A stretch of DNA of 64,000 bases from an uncultured bacterium (lineage in GTDB: Bacteria > Desulfobacterota_D > UBA1144 > Nemesobacterales > UBA2774). The first letter of the stretch is position 1. Each line of letters starts with the position of its first letter. Below, piece by piece: positions 28,884-38,748 of this stretch. The stretch lies in contig CAVPJU010000001.1 of NCBI GenBank assembly GCA_963705505.1, positions 32,001 to 96,000 on the forward strand, read 5' to 3'. Made by a program: the position numbers and the translations under genes. The notes under the pieces are model-generated. The model saw nothing but the letters and a program-made list of their open reading frames with translations, was not told the origin of the DNA and made no database searches.

Positions 28884-30359
28884 TTACTCGATTCTGTAAT
28901 TAGGGGCCTCTTTCGTAATGATTACGTCGTGGACATGACCTTCTCTGAGCCCCGCGTTCGTGACTTTAATAAACTTCCCGTTGCTCCTGAGTTCCTCTAT
29001 CGTGCCGCATCCCGTGTAGCCCATCCCTGCCCTCAGCCCTCCGATGAGCTGGTATACGGTGCCGCCTATGGGGCCTCTGTAGGGTATCCTCCCCTCTATT
29101 CCCTCCGGCACAAGTTTCGATTCTATCATGTCGTCCCCGAGGTTCTGCGCGTACCTGTCCTTGCTCCCCTTCCTCATCGCTTCGATAGAGCCCATTCCCC
29201 TGTAGACCTTGTACGTTCTCCCCTGAAAGAGTATGACCTCGCCGGGCGCCTCGTCCGTCCCCGCGAAAAGGTTTCCGATCATTACCGAATGCGCCCCCGC
29301 GGCGATCGCCTTTACGACGTCTCCCGAGTATTTAATGCCGCCGTCCGCTATTACCGGGATACCATGGAGCCCGGCGATCCTCGTAACGTCCTGGATCGCA
29401 GAGACCTGAGGTACTCCTATGCCGGCTATCACGCGGGTAGTACATATCGAGCCCGGCCCGACGCCCACCTTGACGCCGTCGGCACCGGCTTTTATCACCG
29501 CATCCGCGCCCTCTCCCGTGCCGATGTTCCCAGCGATCAGCTCGATGCCGGGGAAATTGGACCTCGTCGATTGTACCGCGTCTATGACCCTCTTCGAGTG
29601 TCCGTGAGCGGTGTCGATTATGATTACGTCGCATCCGACTTCGAGGAGCGCTTCTATCCTTTCTTCCCTGTCGGGACCTACGCCCACCGCCGCCCCGCAT
29701 CTCAGCCTTCCCAGGCGGTCTTTGGACGCCGTGGGGTATTTCTCTATTTTTTCTATATCCTTCATCGTTATAAGCCCGCGGAGTCTGAATTCCTTATCGA
29801 CTACCGGGAGCTTCTCTATCTTGTATTTATGGAGGAGTTCCTTGGCTTCTTCGAGCGTGGTTCCTTCGCCCACGGTTATGAGTCTCTTCTTCGGAGTCAT
29901 GACCTGCTCGACCTTGTAAGACAGGTTCTTCTCGAACCGGAGGTCCCTGAAGGTGATTATTCCGAGGAGCGTGTCGTCTTCCTTCGTGACGGGAAGGCCC
30001 GTGATGTTCTGTTTGAGCATGATTTCGAGAGCGTCACTGACCTTGTGCTTGGGTTTTACTGTCAGCGGGTTTACTATCATTCCGCTCTCGTACTTTTTTA
30101 CTTTTTTTACTTCCGCTGTCTGTTCCTGGATATCCAGATTCCTGTGGATGATTCCGATTCCGCCTTCCTGAGCCATGGCTATGGCGGTGCTCGACTCCGT
30201 GACGGTATCCATGGCCGCGCTTATCAGCGGTATGTTCAGCTTTATATTCCGGGTGAGCTGAGTCGATACCTCCGCTTCGTTGGGGAGGATTTCGGAATAG
30301 GCGGGCACCAGAAGAACGTCATCGAAAGTTAGACATTCTTCCACATTTTCAACACGCAT
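28884..30359 (-). CDS. guaB: IMP dehydrogenase
   Basis: [22 protein letters not shown] pair, [17 protein letters not shown]. Confidence 0.98.
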   Translation of the reverse strand: MRVENVEECLTFDDVLLVPAYSEILPNEAEVSTQLTRNIKLNIPLISAAMDTVTESSTAIAMAQEGGIGIIHRNLDIQEQTAEVKKVKKYESGMIVNPLTVKPKHKVSDALEIMLKQNITGLPVTKEDDTLLGIITFRDLRFEKNLSYKVEQVMTPKKRLITVGEGTTLEEAKELLHKYKIEKLPVVDKEFRLRGLITMKDIEKIEKYPTASKDRLGRLRCGAAVGVGPDREERIEALLEVGCDVIIIDTAHGHSKRVIDAVQSTRSNFPGIELIAGNIGTGEGADAVIKAGADGVKVGVGPGSICTTRVIAGIGVPQVSAIQDVTRIAGLHGIPVIADGGIKYSGDVVKAIAAGAHSVMIGNLFAGTDEAPGEVILFQGRTYKVYRGMGSIEAMRKGSKDRYAQNLGDDMIESKLVPEGIEGRIPYRGPIGGTVYQLIGGLRAGMGYTGCGTIEELRSNGKFIKVTNAGLREGHVHDVIITKEAPNYRIE

Positions 30360-30373
30360 AAAAATTTCCTTTT

Positions 30374-30751
30374 CTACCTCTTGGATGTCGTTCTTCTTGA
30401 AGCGGTTTTTACCGGAGCTTTCTTTCTTTTACTCGCCGCGCTCGGGGCCGGAGCTTTCTTCTCTTCCGCGATCGATATGAGTCTTGCCGGGGTTTTGACG
30501 ATTTCGATTATCTTCTTCCTCATTTCCGGCAGGGTTACGCCGAGCTCTATCTCTATTTCCTGTTCTTTTTCCCCCAGGTTAATGAATACGGGCAGTACCC
30601 CGACGTACGTTTTGGCATCGACCCGCTCGAACCCCAGAGCTTTAAGCAGTTTTTTCGGAAGAGCGGGAAACTCGAGAGTTGCGATTTCCGCTGTTTCCTG
30701 GGGCAACAGGCCGTCCTGGCTTACACTTATCTTAAGTCGGGTGGATTTCAT
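30374..30751 (-). CDS. Hypothetical protein with Lys/Ala/Pro/Arg-rich C-terminal tail
   Basis: GAGGG SD; ends 14 nt before guaB; tail [30 protein letters not shown]. Confidence 0.7.
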   Translation of the reverse strand: MKSTRLKISVSQDGLLPQETAEIATLEFPALPKKLLKALGFERVDAKTYVGVLPVFINLGEKEQEIEIELGVTLPEMRKKIIEIVKTPARLISIAEEKKAPAPSAASKRKKAPVKTASRRTTSKR

Positions 30752-30975
30752 ATATTCCCTCGCCTCGTAAAGATGATAAACATCCCTTATATATTTGGTA
30801 AAAAGTTAACTATGCGCTCCAAATGAACTTCTGTTTTTTCCCGAAATCAGATCGAAAGGTAAAACTCCATACCTGCTATTAAGCTGAATATTTTACTTGA
30901 TTTTATGGAATTTAGCAAGCTTAAACTCGATTGAGCCCTGAGGTGAATTTTTATAAAAACCCCCTGTATCCGGTT

Positions 30976-32400
30976 TCAGGGCGATTCTTCGTAATCCACG
31001 ACCTCGAGGTTGTATTTCAGCCCGAGCATTCTGCCAGCCGCCGGGAAAACGGCATAGAAGGGTATGGACTCGCCCGGCTGGATGTTGGAATTGAGCCCCG
31101 CAAGCTTTTCCGGGTTGTAAAAGTCGATGTTCCCCGACTTCTTTTTCAGCTTCAGGAGCGTGTCGCTGAGGGGGGACGCCTTAAGCTCGTTTTCGGTGAA
31201 TGTGTTGCCGGCATACACTTCGTCATCATAGACGGTCTGCCCTTCCGATATGAACTCGCTCTTTATCTTTATGTAGCTGACCGGGCGGCCGGATTCATTT
31301 GTAACGGTGCCCGATATGACGTACATGGGCCCGTTTCTCGTGTCGAGCCACTTGCCGCGGTGCTCCGTTATGATAACGTCCTTCTTTAAAGGCTCGGTGA
31401 TGCTGGCCGGGATCACCGATTCCACGGCCCTTTCTATCTTCTGGGCGCTTTCCTTCGGTATAATGCCGGTGTTCGACAGAATGATATAAGAAGCCGCTAC
31501 GATTACTGCGAAGACGGTTAGCGTCAGAGCGCCGTATGCGGCCCTCGAAAATATTCCGCCCTTTGATTTCTGTCTTGTCGGATGGATTCTGAATGAGTCG
31601 TAACGGGGAGGCCTCTGGCTTCCGCCCGTGTTTTTCACCGCGTGAGGATTTGTGATAAGTACATCCATGTCCACACTCAGTCTCTCAGGTGTATCTCTCG
31701 TGTACGCCGGTTCCTTCGCCCGGGCTTCCTGATACGGATTACGAGCTTCGGCCCGTTCAGGGATACTCTCATTTTTGATTATGCTGAGTTCGTCTGACTC
31801 CAGGCCTTCGTCCTCGAACATCTTGGGAATCCTGTGTGGGTCCTCAGCCGGCTCGTCGTTTATTCTGAGGCTATCCCAGCTGAAGTCCGATTCCTGTTTT
31901 CTCAGGTCCCGGTTGTGCTTTATCTTCAAGTCGTCGATACCTTGTTCTGTCTTGCTTATGCTTACGAAATCCTCCCAGTTCCCTTCATCCCCGGTCAGCT
32001 TTTCAAGGTCGAGCTCATGCTCAATCCCCCGGGCCCGGCCGTTGAGCGCGTCTTCTCCGTTCATGCTGCTAACCTCTTTATTATCCAACGGGTACCTGAA
32101 TTCAAACCCCTGAGCGGTTTCCGTAACCTCTTCCCCTATTATTTCCGTTCCCTCCGTCCCTTCGGGATCTCCCGGACCCGATGGAGTTGAACTTTGCATC
32201 GACTCCCCCTCGTCTTTAGACTCTATTACCGGAGGGCTCTCGCGGCCGTTCTCAATCGTGTCTCCTCCTGCGAACATATCTTTTTTCTCAATGAAGGCAA
32301 CATGACCGCACTTTGAACATCTGACCTTGCTTCCGGGAGGCGTAATTCTCGAATCGTCAATTTTAAATTTTCTTTTGCACTTCTCGCACTGGATTATCAT
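30976..32400 (-). CDS. Zinc-ribbon (MJ0042-type finger) / DUF3426-like membrane protein
   Basis: MIIQCEKC...KVRCSKCGH, long acidic linker, one TM helix, C-terminal VISGTVTNES...IQPGESIPF domain. Confidence 0.8.
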   Translation of the reverse strand: MIIQCEKCKRKFKIDDSRITPPGSKVRCSKCGHVAFIEKKDMFAGGDTIENGRESPPVIESKDEGESMQSSTPSGPGDPEGTEGTEIIGEEVTETAQGFEFRYPLDNKEVSSMNGEDALNGRARGIEHELDLEKLTGDEGNWEDFVSISKTEQGIDDLKIKHNRDLRKQESDFSWDSLRINDEPAEDPHRIPKMFEDEGLESDELSIIKNESIPERAEARNPYQEARAKEPAYTRDTPERLSVDMDVLITNPHAVKNTGGSQRPPRYDSFRIHPTRQKSKGGIFSRAAYGALTLTVFAVIVAASYIILSNTGIIPKESAQKIERAVESVIPASITEPLKKDVIITEHRGKWLDTRNGPMYVISGTVTNESGRPVSYIKIKSEFISEGQTVYDDEVYAGNTFTENELKASPLSDTLLKLKKKSGNIDFYNPEKLAGLNSNIQPGESIPFYAVFPAAGRMLGLKYNLEVVDYEESP

Positions 32401-32621
32401 TGCTCGCTTTGTGCCGGATATATTTTCAATAATATGAACTCGTTACATTTTCAAACTTAATGCTAACTTTAACCCAAGTCAATACTTGTAAAAATAGTCT
32501 CGGGCATTCTGCCCGGGTAAATTTCCGAAAGCCGTGTCGGAGGCGGATAATTCCCTATTGAGTGTGCTACTCTGTAAGAGTTTATCACACGAATGACATG
32601 TTTTATTAACCGGGTCGATTA

Positions 32622-33614
32622 ATGCGTTCGTTCTCTCTCGTCAGTCTCGTTTTCGCCGTACTGCTTATCTTTGCGGCGGCGGCTTTCCCCGAAGAGAAGC
32701 CTCTGGATAGGGTGCAGTTCCTGATGGGGACTTATGCCCGCGTGCTTATATACGGCGGGAGTAATGCCGATGCCGATGCCGCTTTTTCAAAGATCAGGGA
32801 GTTAGACGACATGCTGTCCGACTACAGGCCTGAAAGCGAGATATCGGAGATAAGCAAAATGGCGGGAAAGAAACCGGTGAAGGTCAGCCCGGACGTCACG
32901 GGGGTGCTGGAACAGGCTGTATACGTATCCCGGGAGACCGGGGGCTCGTTTGACCCCACGATCGGGGCGCTTACGATCGGTGTTTACAGGTTCGGCAGAG
33001 GCGGAGATAAAGTCCCCGGGGACGAAGAGATCGAGAAAGCGAAGTCCCTCGTCGATTACAGGGACCTCCGGATTAAGGGCGACGAGGTTTATCTCGAGAA
33101 GGAAGGGATGATGCTCGACCTCGGGGGGATAGGAAAGGGTTATGCGGTCGAGAAGGCCGTCGGGGTTCTCAAAGGAAGGGGGATTAAAAGGGGTATGGTC
33201 TCCCTCTCGGGCGATATAAGGGTCTTCGGGTACGATATGGAGATCGGCATATGGGATCCGGGCGGGAAAGGGGTGATAGCGGAGTTCAGGACTGGCACGG
33301 GCGAGCTCGCAATTTCCACGAGCGGAGGGTACGAAAGGGTGATAGACCCCGGAGGCAAGGCCTATCATCACCTGCTTGTCCCCGCGACGGGAAAGCCCGG
33401 ACGCGACTTCCTCAGCATCACCGTAGTGCTTGACGGGGACAGCGCACTGGCTGATGCCTATGCGACGGCAATCTTCGTTATGGGCAGGGATAAATCCCTT
33501 GAATTTTTAAGGAAGCACCCGGAAATCGGGGTTTTCGAGGTCCTTCCGGGCGGTGAAATTTACTATAACGAGATGTTCAAGAGTCTCGTCTCCGGTTTGA
33601 ATGTCCCGAGATAA
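32622..33614 (+). CDS. apbE: FAD:protein FMN transferase
   Basis: FLMGT, FDPTIG, LDLGGIGKGYAV, STSGGYER, ADAYATA; signal peptide. Confidence 0.92.
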   Translation: MRSFSLVSLVFAVLLIFAAAAFPEEKPLDRVQFLMGTYARVLIYGGSNADADAAFSKIRELDDMLSDYRPESEISEISKMAGKKPVKVSPDVTGVLEQAVYVSRETGGSFDPTIGALTIGVYRFGRGGDKVPGDEEIEKAKSLVDYRDLRIKGDEVYLEKEGMMLDLGGIGKGYAVEKAVGVLKGRGIKRGMVSLSGDIRVFGYDMEIGIWDPGGKGVIAEFRTGTGELAISTSGGYERVIDPGGKAYHHLLVPATGKPGRDFLSITVVLDGDSALADAYATAIFVMGRDKSLEFLRKHPEIGVFEVLPGGEIYYNEMFKSLVSGLNVPR

Positions 33615-33711
33615 TCCGTCAATTTAAAAACCCATCGGCAGTTTTTCTCTTGCAAAAATAATGTAAATCTTGAGCTCTGTTTCAACAGTTCCGGTCCTGC
33701 CCGGAGGTTAT

Positions 33712-33739
33712 TTGACAAAACCACCCTGTCGCTTATATT
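33712..33739 (+). promoter_or_regulatory. Sigma-70-type promoter of the rib-nusB-trp operon
   Basis: TTGACA-N16-TATATT upstream of ribBA. Confidence 0.55.
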
Positions 33740-33804
33740 CTAAATCGGATAATCTATATAAAATATAAGCATTATCAATTATTTGGGTTGAGGAAGAAGA
33801 CACT

Positions 33805-35013
33805 ATGCCAATCAGTTCCATAGAAGAAGCGGTAGCCGATATAAGAAACGGCAAGATGGTGATACTTGTCGACGATAAGGACAGGGAAAATGAAGGAGAC
33901 CTGGTGGTAGCGGCGGAGAATGCCGGTCCCGAGACGATAAATTTTATGGCGAAAAACGGGAGGGGCCTCATCTGCCTTGCCCTGACAAAGGAGAACGCCG
34001 ATAAAATAGGCCTCCAGCCGATTAAACCCGAGTACAACCCTGTGCCCCAATATACAGCCTTTACGATCTCGATAGACGCGAGCCACGGCATAACCACGGG
34101 GATTTCGGCCTACGACAGGGCCTCGACAATCCGTTATGCCATATCCGAGGAATCGAAACCCGAGGATTTCATACGCCCGGGACACGTTTTCCCCCTTATA
34201 TGCAGGAAGGGCGGCGTGCTGGTCAGGGCCGGTCATACGGAAGGGTCCGTAGACCTCGCAAGGCTCGCGGGGCTCACACCGGCTGCCGTTATTTGTGAGA
34301 TAATGAATGATGACGGGGATATGGCAAGACTCCCCGATCTCGAAAAATTCGCCGAGACCCATAGAATCAAAATCGCCTCCATAGCCGACCTGATAAGCTA
34401 CCGCCTGAGAGCGGAGAGCCTGGTCAGGAGAGCGGCTTCCGCCATGATACCGACGGAGTACGGCGAGTTTCAGATAATCGTTTACGAGAGCGATATCGAC
34501 CCCCAGCACCACGTCGCGTTTGTTAAGGGCGACATAAGCCCCGATAAGGACGTGCTGGTCAGGGTCCATTCCGAGTGCCTCACGAGCGATGTGTTCGGCT
34601 CCTTGAGATGCGACTGCGGGTCTCAGATCAGGCAGGCTATGAAGATTATCAGCGACGAGGGTATGGGTGTTATACTTTACATGAGACAGGAGGGGCGGGG
34701 CATAGGCCTCATTAATAAAATAAAGGCTTACGCTCTTCAGGACGACGGCTTCGACACCGTCGAGGCGAACGAGGTCCTGGGCTTCAAACCGGATCTCAGG
34801 GACTACGGCATAGGCGCGCAGATACTCCTCGACCTCGGCGTAAGAAATATGCGACTTCTCACCAACAACCCGAAAAAGATAAAGGGCCTCGAAGGGTTCG
34901 GTCTTCAGATAGTCGAGCGCGTACCCATAGAGATCCCCCCCAACGGAAGAAATTCCAATTACTTGAAAGTCAAGAAGGATAAGCTCGGACACCTTCTTTC
35001 GATGGTAGACTGA
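33805..35013 (+). CDS. ribBA: Bifunctional DHBP synthase / GTP cyclohydrolase II
   Basis: DRENEGD, RAGHTEG, VRVHSECLTSDVFGSLRCDCG, QEGRGIGL, LLTNNPKK. Confidence 0.97.
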   Translation: MPISSIEEAVADIRNGKMVILVDDKDRENEGDLVVAAENAGPETINFMAKNGRGLICLALTKENADKIGLQPIKPEYNPVPQYTAFTISIDASHGITTGISAYDRASTIRYAISEESKPEDFIRPGHVFPLICRKGGVLVRAGHTEGSVDLARLAGLTPAAVICEIMNDDGDMARLPDLEKFAETHRIKIASIADLISYRLRAESLVRRAASAMIPTEYGEFQIIVYESDIDPQHHVAFVKGDISPDKDVLVRVHSECLTSDVFGSLRCDCGSQIRQAMKIISDEGMGVILYMRQEGRGIGLINKIKAYALQDDGFDTVEANEVLGFKPDLRDYGIGAQILLDLGVRNMRLLTNNPKKIKGLEGFGLQIVERVPIEIPPNGRNSNYLKVKKDKLGHLLSMVD

Positions 35014-35026
35014 ACAGGAGAAAGCT

Positions 35027-35503
35027 ATGCCTAAAATATACGAGGGGAACCTCGACGCAAAGGGGCTCAAGTTCGCGGTCATCGTAAGCCGGTTCAATGA
35101 TTTCGTCACCGAAAGGCTTCTGAGCGGCGCGGTCGACGTGCTTCTCAGGCATAACGCTTCAGAGGCCGACATCGATATTATCAAGGTGCCCGGATCGTAC
35201 GAGCTGCTGTTTGCCGTTAAGAAGGCGGCGGAAAGGAAAAAGTACAATGCGATTATCGCACTGGGGGCCATCATCAGGGGCGAAACCCCTCACTTCGATT
35301 ACCTGGCTTCGGCGGTTACGAAAAAAATTGCTTCGATAAGCCTCGAAATGGATGTGCCGGTAGCCTCCGGCGTTTTGACCACCGACACTCTTCAGCAGGC
35401 CATCGAGAGGGCCGGTGGAAAGGCGGGGAACCGCGGTGCCGAAGCAGCGTACTCGGCAGTTGAAATGGCTAATCTCACCAAAATTCTTTCCCGAAAAGGG
35501 TAG
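35027..35503 (+). CDS. ribH: 6,7-dimethyl-8-ribityllumazine synthase
   Basis: VSRFNDFVTERLLSGA, VPGSYE, IRGETPHFDY, QAIERAGGKAGNRG. Confidence 0.96.
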   Translation: MPKIYEGNLDAKGLKFAVIVSRFNDFVTERLLSGAVDVLLRHNASEADIDIIKVPGSYELLFAVKKAAERKKYNAIIALGAIIRGETPHFDYLASAVTKKIASISLEMDVPVASGVLTTDTLQQAIERAGGKAGNRGAEAAYSAVEMANLTKILSRKG

Positions 35504-35514
35504 TTGCCTTCCAG

Positions 35515-35955
35515 ATGGGTACAAGGAGACGCGCTAGGGAACTAGCGCTCCAGTTCCTCTATCAATACGATGCTTTGACGGAGTCTTCAGGGGAGTCACT
35601 CTCGCCCGAAGACCAGCTCTCTTTGTTCTGGGAGAGGGACGACGTCCGGATCCAGGACGAGATGAAAGAGTTCCCCTCCGCTCTCATACTGGGTACATGC
35701 AGGAACCTAGCGCACATCGATGAAATCATCAGCCGTTTTTCCGAGCACTGGAGGCTCTCCAGGATGTCTAAAATCGACAGGAATATATTGCGCCTCGCTG
35801 TTTACGAGCTGATTTATTTGAGCGGCATCCCCCCCGCGGTTACCATTAACGAGGCCGTAGAGCTCGGGAAAAGGTTCGGGACCGAGGAGTCCGGCTCTTT
35901 TATAAACGGAATACTGGATAAGATAAGGATAGCCCGGGAGCAAGGTGAGCTGTGA
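35515..35955 (+). CDS. nusB: Transcription antitermination factor
   Basis: RRRARELALQFLYQ, DRNILRLAVYE, INEAVELGKRFG, FINGILD. Confidence 0.96.
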   Translation: MGTRRRARELALQFLYQYDALTESSGESLSPEDQLSLFWERDDVRIQDEMKEFPSALILGTCRNLAHIDEIISRFSEHWRLSRMSKIDRNILRLAVYELIYLSGIPPAVTINEAVELGKRFGTEESGSFINGILDKIRIAREQGEL

Positions 35956-35956
35956 C

Positions 35957-36979
35957 ATGATAAAAGAAGCGATAGCTAAAGTTGTCGAGAGGATCGACCT
36001 CGAAGAAGACGAAATGTCGGAAGTCGTCGAGGAGATGATGGACGGAGAGGCGACGCCCGGTCAGATTTCTTCGTTCCTCGTCGCTCTCAGGATGAAAGGG
36101 GAGTCCGTCGCCGAGATTACAGGCGCGGCCAGGGTCATGCTGGACAAGGCGACCAAAATAACTTCCTCGCACGAGGTGATAGTCGACCTCTGCGGCACGG
36201 GCGGCGACAGGCAGGGCACGTTTAACGTATCGACCGCGGCGGCGTTTGTGGTCGCGGGCGCGGGGGTCCCCGTTGCCAAGCACGGGAACCGCTCAGTATC
36301 GAGTTATGTCGGCAGCGCCGACGTGTTGGAAGCACTCGGCGTGGATATAAACCATTCGACCGAGGTCGCCCGGAAATGCCTCGATGAAGCCGGGATCGTT
36401 TTTCTCTTCGCCCCTCTATACCACCCCGCGATGAAAAACGTCGCGGGACCGAGAAAGGAAATCGGCGTAAGGACCATATTCAACATACTCGGTCCCATTG
36501 TAAACCCCGCGGGCGTGAAACACCAGGTAATAGGCGTTTACTCGGAAGTGCTGCTCGACCCCGTTGTCAAGGTGCTCAGGAACCTCGGACATAAGAGCGC
36601 CATGGTCGTTCACGGCTCGGACTCGATGGATGAAATTACGGTGACGGGCAAGACCGTCGTCGCCGAATTGAGGGAGGGTATGGTGAAGAAATACCAGTTC
36701 GACCCCTCGGAGATCGGAATAAAAAGGTGGAGCCCGAGCGAGCTCAAGGGCGGGCGCAACGCGAAGGAGAATGCGCGGATACTCTTGTCGGTTCTTAAGG
36801 GCGAGGAGAGAGAAGCAAAGAGGGATATAGTCCTGATAAACGCCGCCGCCGCGATTTACGTCTCCGAGACGAGCCCCGATATAAGGGAAGCGCTCGAGCG
36901 GGCTGTCGAGTCTGTGGATTCGGGAAAGGCTCTTTCAAAGCTCGAGGAGCTTGCGCGGCTTACGAAAAAACAAGATTAG
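35957..36979 (+). CDS. trpD: Anthranilate phosphoribosyltransferase
   Basis: DLCGTGGD, FNVST, AKHGNRSVSS, RTIFNILGP, MDE. Confidence 0.96.
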   Translation: MIKEAIAKVVERIDLEEDEMSEVVEEMMDGEATPGQISSFLVALRMKGESVAEITGAARVMLDKATKITSSHEVIVDLCGTGGDRQGTFNVSTAAAFVVAGAGVPVAKHGNRSVSSYVGSADVLEALGVDINHSTEVARKCLDEAGIVFLFAPLYHPAMKNVAGPRKEIGVRTIFNILGPIVNPAGVKHQVIGVYSEVLLDPVVKVLRNLGHKSAMVVHGSDSMDEITVTGKTVVAELREGMVKKYQFDPSEIGIKRWSPSELKGGRNAKENARILLSVLKGEEREAKRDIVLINAAAAIYVSETSPDIREALERAVESVDSGKALSKLEELARLTKKQD

Positions 36980-37016
36980 ATTGGAGGGTTACTGCTCGGC
37001 GTTTCGGTTCAGCCCC

Positions 37017-37805
37017 ATGATTCTCGATACGATTATAGAAAATAAAAGACTGGAAGTTGAAAAGGCGAAGGAATCCCTGCCCCTTGAAGCCGTTATCCGC
37101 GGCATAGCCGGCGTCGAGCCGCCCAGGGACTTTTATAAGGCGATCGATCACGGGGGGAGCGTGAAAATCATCGCCGAGATAAAAAAGGCTTCTCCCTCGA
37201 AAGGGGTCTTGAGGGAAGATTTCGATCCTGTGAAGATCGCCCTGAGCTACTCAAAAGCCGGGGCGTCCGCATTATCGGTTCTCACGGACGAGAAATTTTT
37301 CAGGGGGAGCCTCTCGTACCTGAGCGATATCAGGAAGGCCGTCGATACCCCTCTCCTGCGGAAGGACTTCATTATCGACCCGTATCAGGTCTATGAGGCG
37401 AGGCTTTACGGAGCAGATGCCATCCTGCTCATAGTCTCGGCGCTCGGTCAGGATTTGCTCAAAGAGCTTTTAGAACTGACTCACTCGCTCGGCATGAGTG
37501 CCGTCGTGGAGGTTCACGACGACGAGGAGCTTGCGAGGGCGCTCGATGCGGGGAGCAGGATAATCGGAATCAACAACAGAGACCTCAGGACTTTCGACGT
37601 CGACCTCGGCGTCTCCGCGAGGCTCGCCAAAAAGATACCCGTGGGTATAATCGCCATCGCGGAGAGCGGCATAGGTTCGGGCGAGGATATAAAGAAGCTA
37701 AGACAACAGGGTGTGCACGTATTCCTTATCGGCGAGACTTTCATGAAAGCCCCTGATCCGGGACTCGAATTAACAAACCTTATCTTATCAGCATCATCGG
37801 TCTGA
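37017..37805 (+). CDS. trpC: Indole-3-glycerol phosphate synthase
   Basis: IIAEIKKASPSKG, SVLTD, LRKDFIIDPYQ, GINNRDL, AESGI. Confidence 0.96.
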   Translation: MILDTIIENKRLEVEKAKESLPLEAVIRGIAGVEPPRDFYKAIDHGGSVKIIAEIKKASPSKGVLREDFDPVKIALSYSKAGASALSVLTDEKFFRGSLSYLSDIRKAVDTPLLRKDFIIDPYQVYEARLYGADAILLIVSALGQDLLKELLELTHSLGMSAVVEVHDDEELARALDAGSRIIGINNRDLRTFDVDLGVSARLAKKIPVGIIAIAESGIGSGEDIKKLRQQGVHVFLIGETFMKAPDPGLELTNLILSASSV

Positions 37806-37887
37806 ACGATACTCATTCAACCCGTTCCACCATCGTGACAACAAATCCAAAAGCGTCTTGAGCCCTGACCCATTTTTATCCTTTTCG

Positions 37888-38191
37888 TTCCCTCCTTTTG
37901 TAAAGGAGGGTCAGGGTGGATTTATAATGCTCTTCTCTTTTCTTATTTAGTCATTCTGAACTGCGGTTTCGATCGAGTGAGAAACCGGATCCATTGGCGA
38001 AATGCAACAGGCGAATATTCTTCGGACATTAATCGGTTAACCCCTTAGTCCTGAGCTTGTCGAAGGACGTACACACTCTGCGCTGATATGCGATCTCTGC
38101 GATACTAGTCCGCTACTCATTAATTCCTTCCCCCCACCGAGGGGGAAGGTTAGGATGGGGGTGAAAGCCCGTTCACCCTGAGCTTGTCGAA
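37888..38191. repeat. Second intergenic mosaic of REP-like palindromes
   Basis: TTCCCTCCTTTTGTAAAGGAGGGTCAGGGTGGATTT (37888-37923); GTCCTGAGCTTGTCGAAGGAC (within 38041-38069); TTCCTTCCCCCCACCGAGGGGGAAGGTTAGGATGGGGGTGA (38124-38164); CCGTTCACCCTGAGCTTGTCGAA (38169-38191). Confidence 0.85.
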
Positions 38192-38287
38192 CTATCGAAG
38201 AGTGGAAGAACGAATGCGAGCAAGCATTCTTGGGGGAATTAAAAATTAGCCTATTATTCGCCCCGATCCGAGATATAGTTTTATGAA

Positions 38288-38611
38288 ATGGCAAATACTA
38301 AAAAAAGGAAAAACCCGATACTTGCGCTCATATTGTCCGGGATAGTGCCCGGACTCGGGCAAATCTATAACAACCAGATTTTAAAGGGGCTTATCTTCTT
38401 CGCCGTGAATGTAGTCATCAGCCTTATGGCTTATGGGCCGTTCATGCGGTTTATGAAATCCCTGGGCTCGCCTGAAGATATGTCGGGCGACATGTCCTTG
38501 CTGTACAAATTGCTCATTTATTCCTCGGCGGGAACTTTAGTATTGCTCGTCGCCATGATCGACGCCAAGAAGAGCGCCGACAAGCTGAACAGTAAAAACG
38601 GCATTACCTGA
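38288..38611 (+). CDS. Small membrane protein (DUF5683/TM2-like)
   Basis: KNPILALILSGIVPGLGQIYN...KG motif plus hydrophobic helices. Confidence 0.75.
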   Translation: MANTKKRKNPILALILSGIVPGLGQIYNNQILKGLIFFAVNVVISLMAYGPFMRFMKSLGSPEDMSGDMSLLYKLLIYSSAGTLVLLVAMIDAKKSADKLNSKNGIT

Positions 38612-38642
38612 CACGTTTTTTCTTTTTTCCGGTGTCTCATCC

Positions 38643-38672
38643 TTGACAATCATTCTCATACGATATTATTAT
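38643..38672 (+). promoter_or_regulatory. Efflux operon promoter with an overlapping Fur-type box
   Basis: TTGACA at 38643-38648, TATTAT at 38667-38672. TGACAATCATTCTCA (38644-38658) matches 12 of the 14 defined positions of the 7-1-7 Fur box TGATAATNATTATCA. Confidence 0.6.
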
Positions 38673-38748
38673 TTCGTGTAGTCTCTGTGATCTTTTCAAA
38701 ACCGGGCGGGAGCGAGACCGCTCTTAACCTTTATCCTTTCTTAATCTG

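Noticed and set aside
28821..30332. 503-aa ORF antisense to guaB
   Set aside because: It mirrors a conserved gene, has no recognisable motifs and is explained by codon bias on the coding strand.
33615..33804. FMN riboswitch upstream of ribBA
   Set aside because: No RFN motifs are present, and the leader after the predicted promoter is only about 60 nt.
33775..35274. 499-aa ORF antisense to ribBA/ribH
   Set aside because: Shadow ORF with no domain signal.
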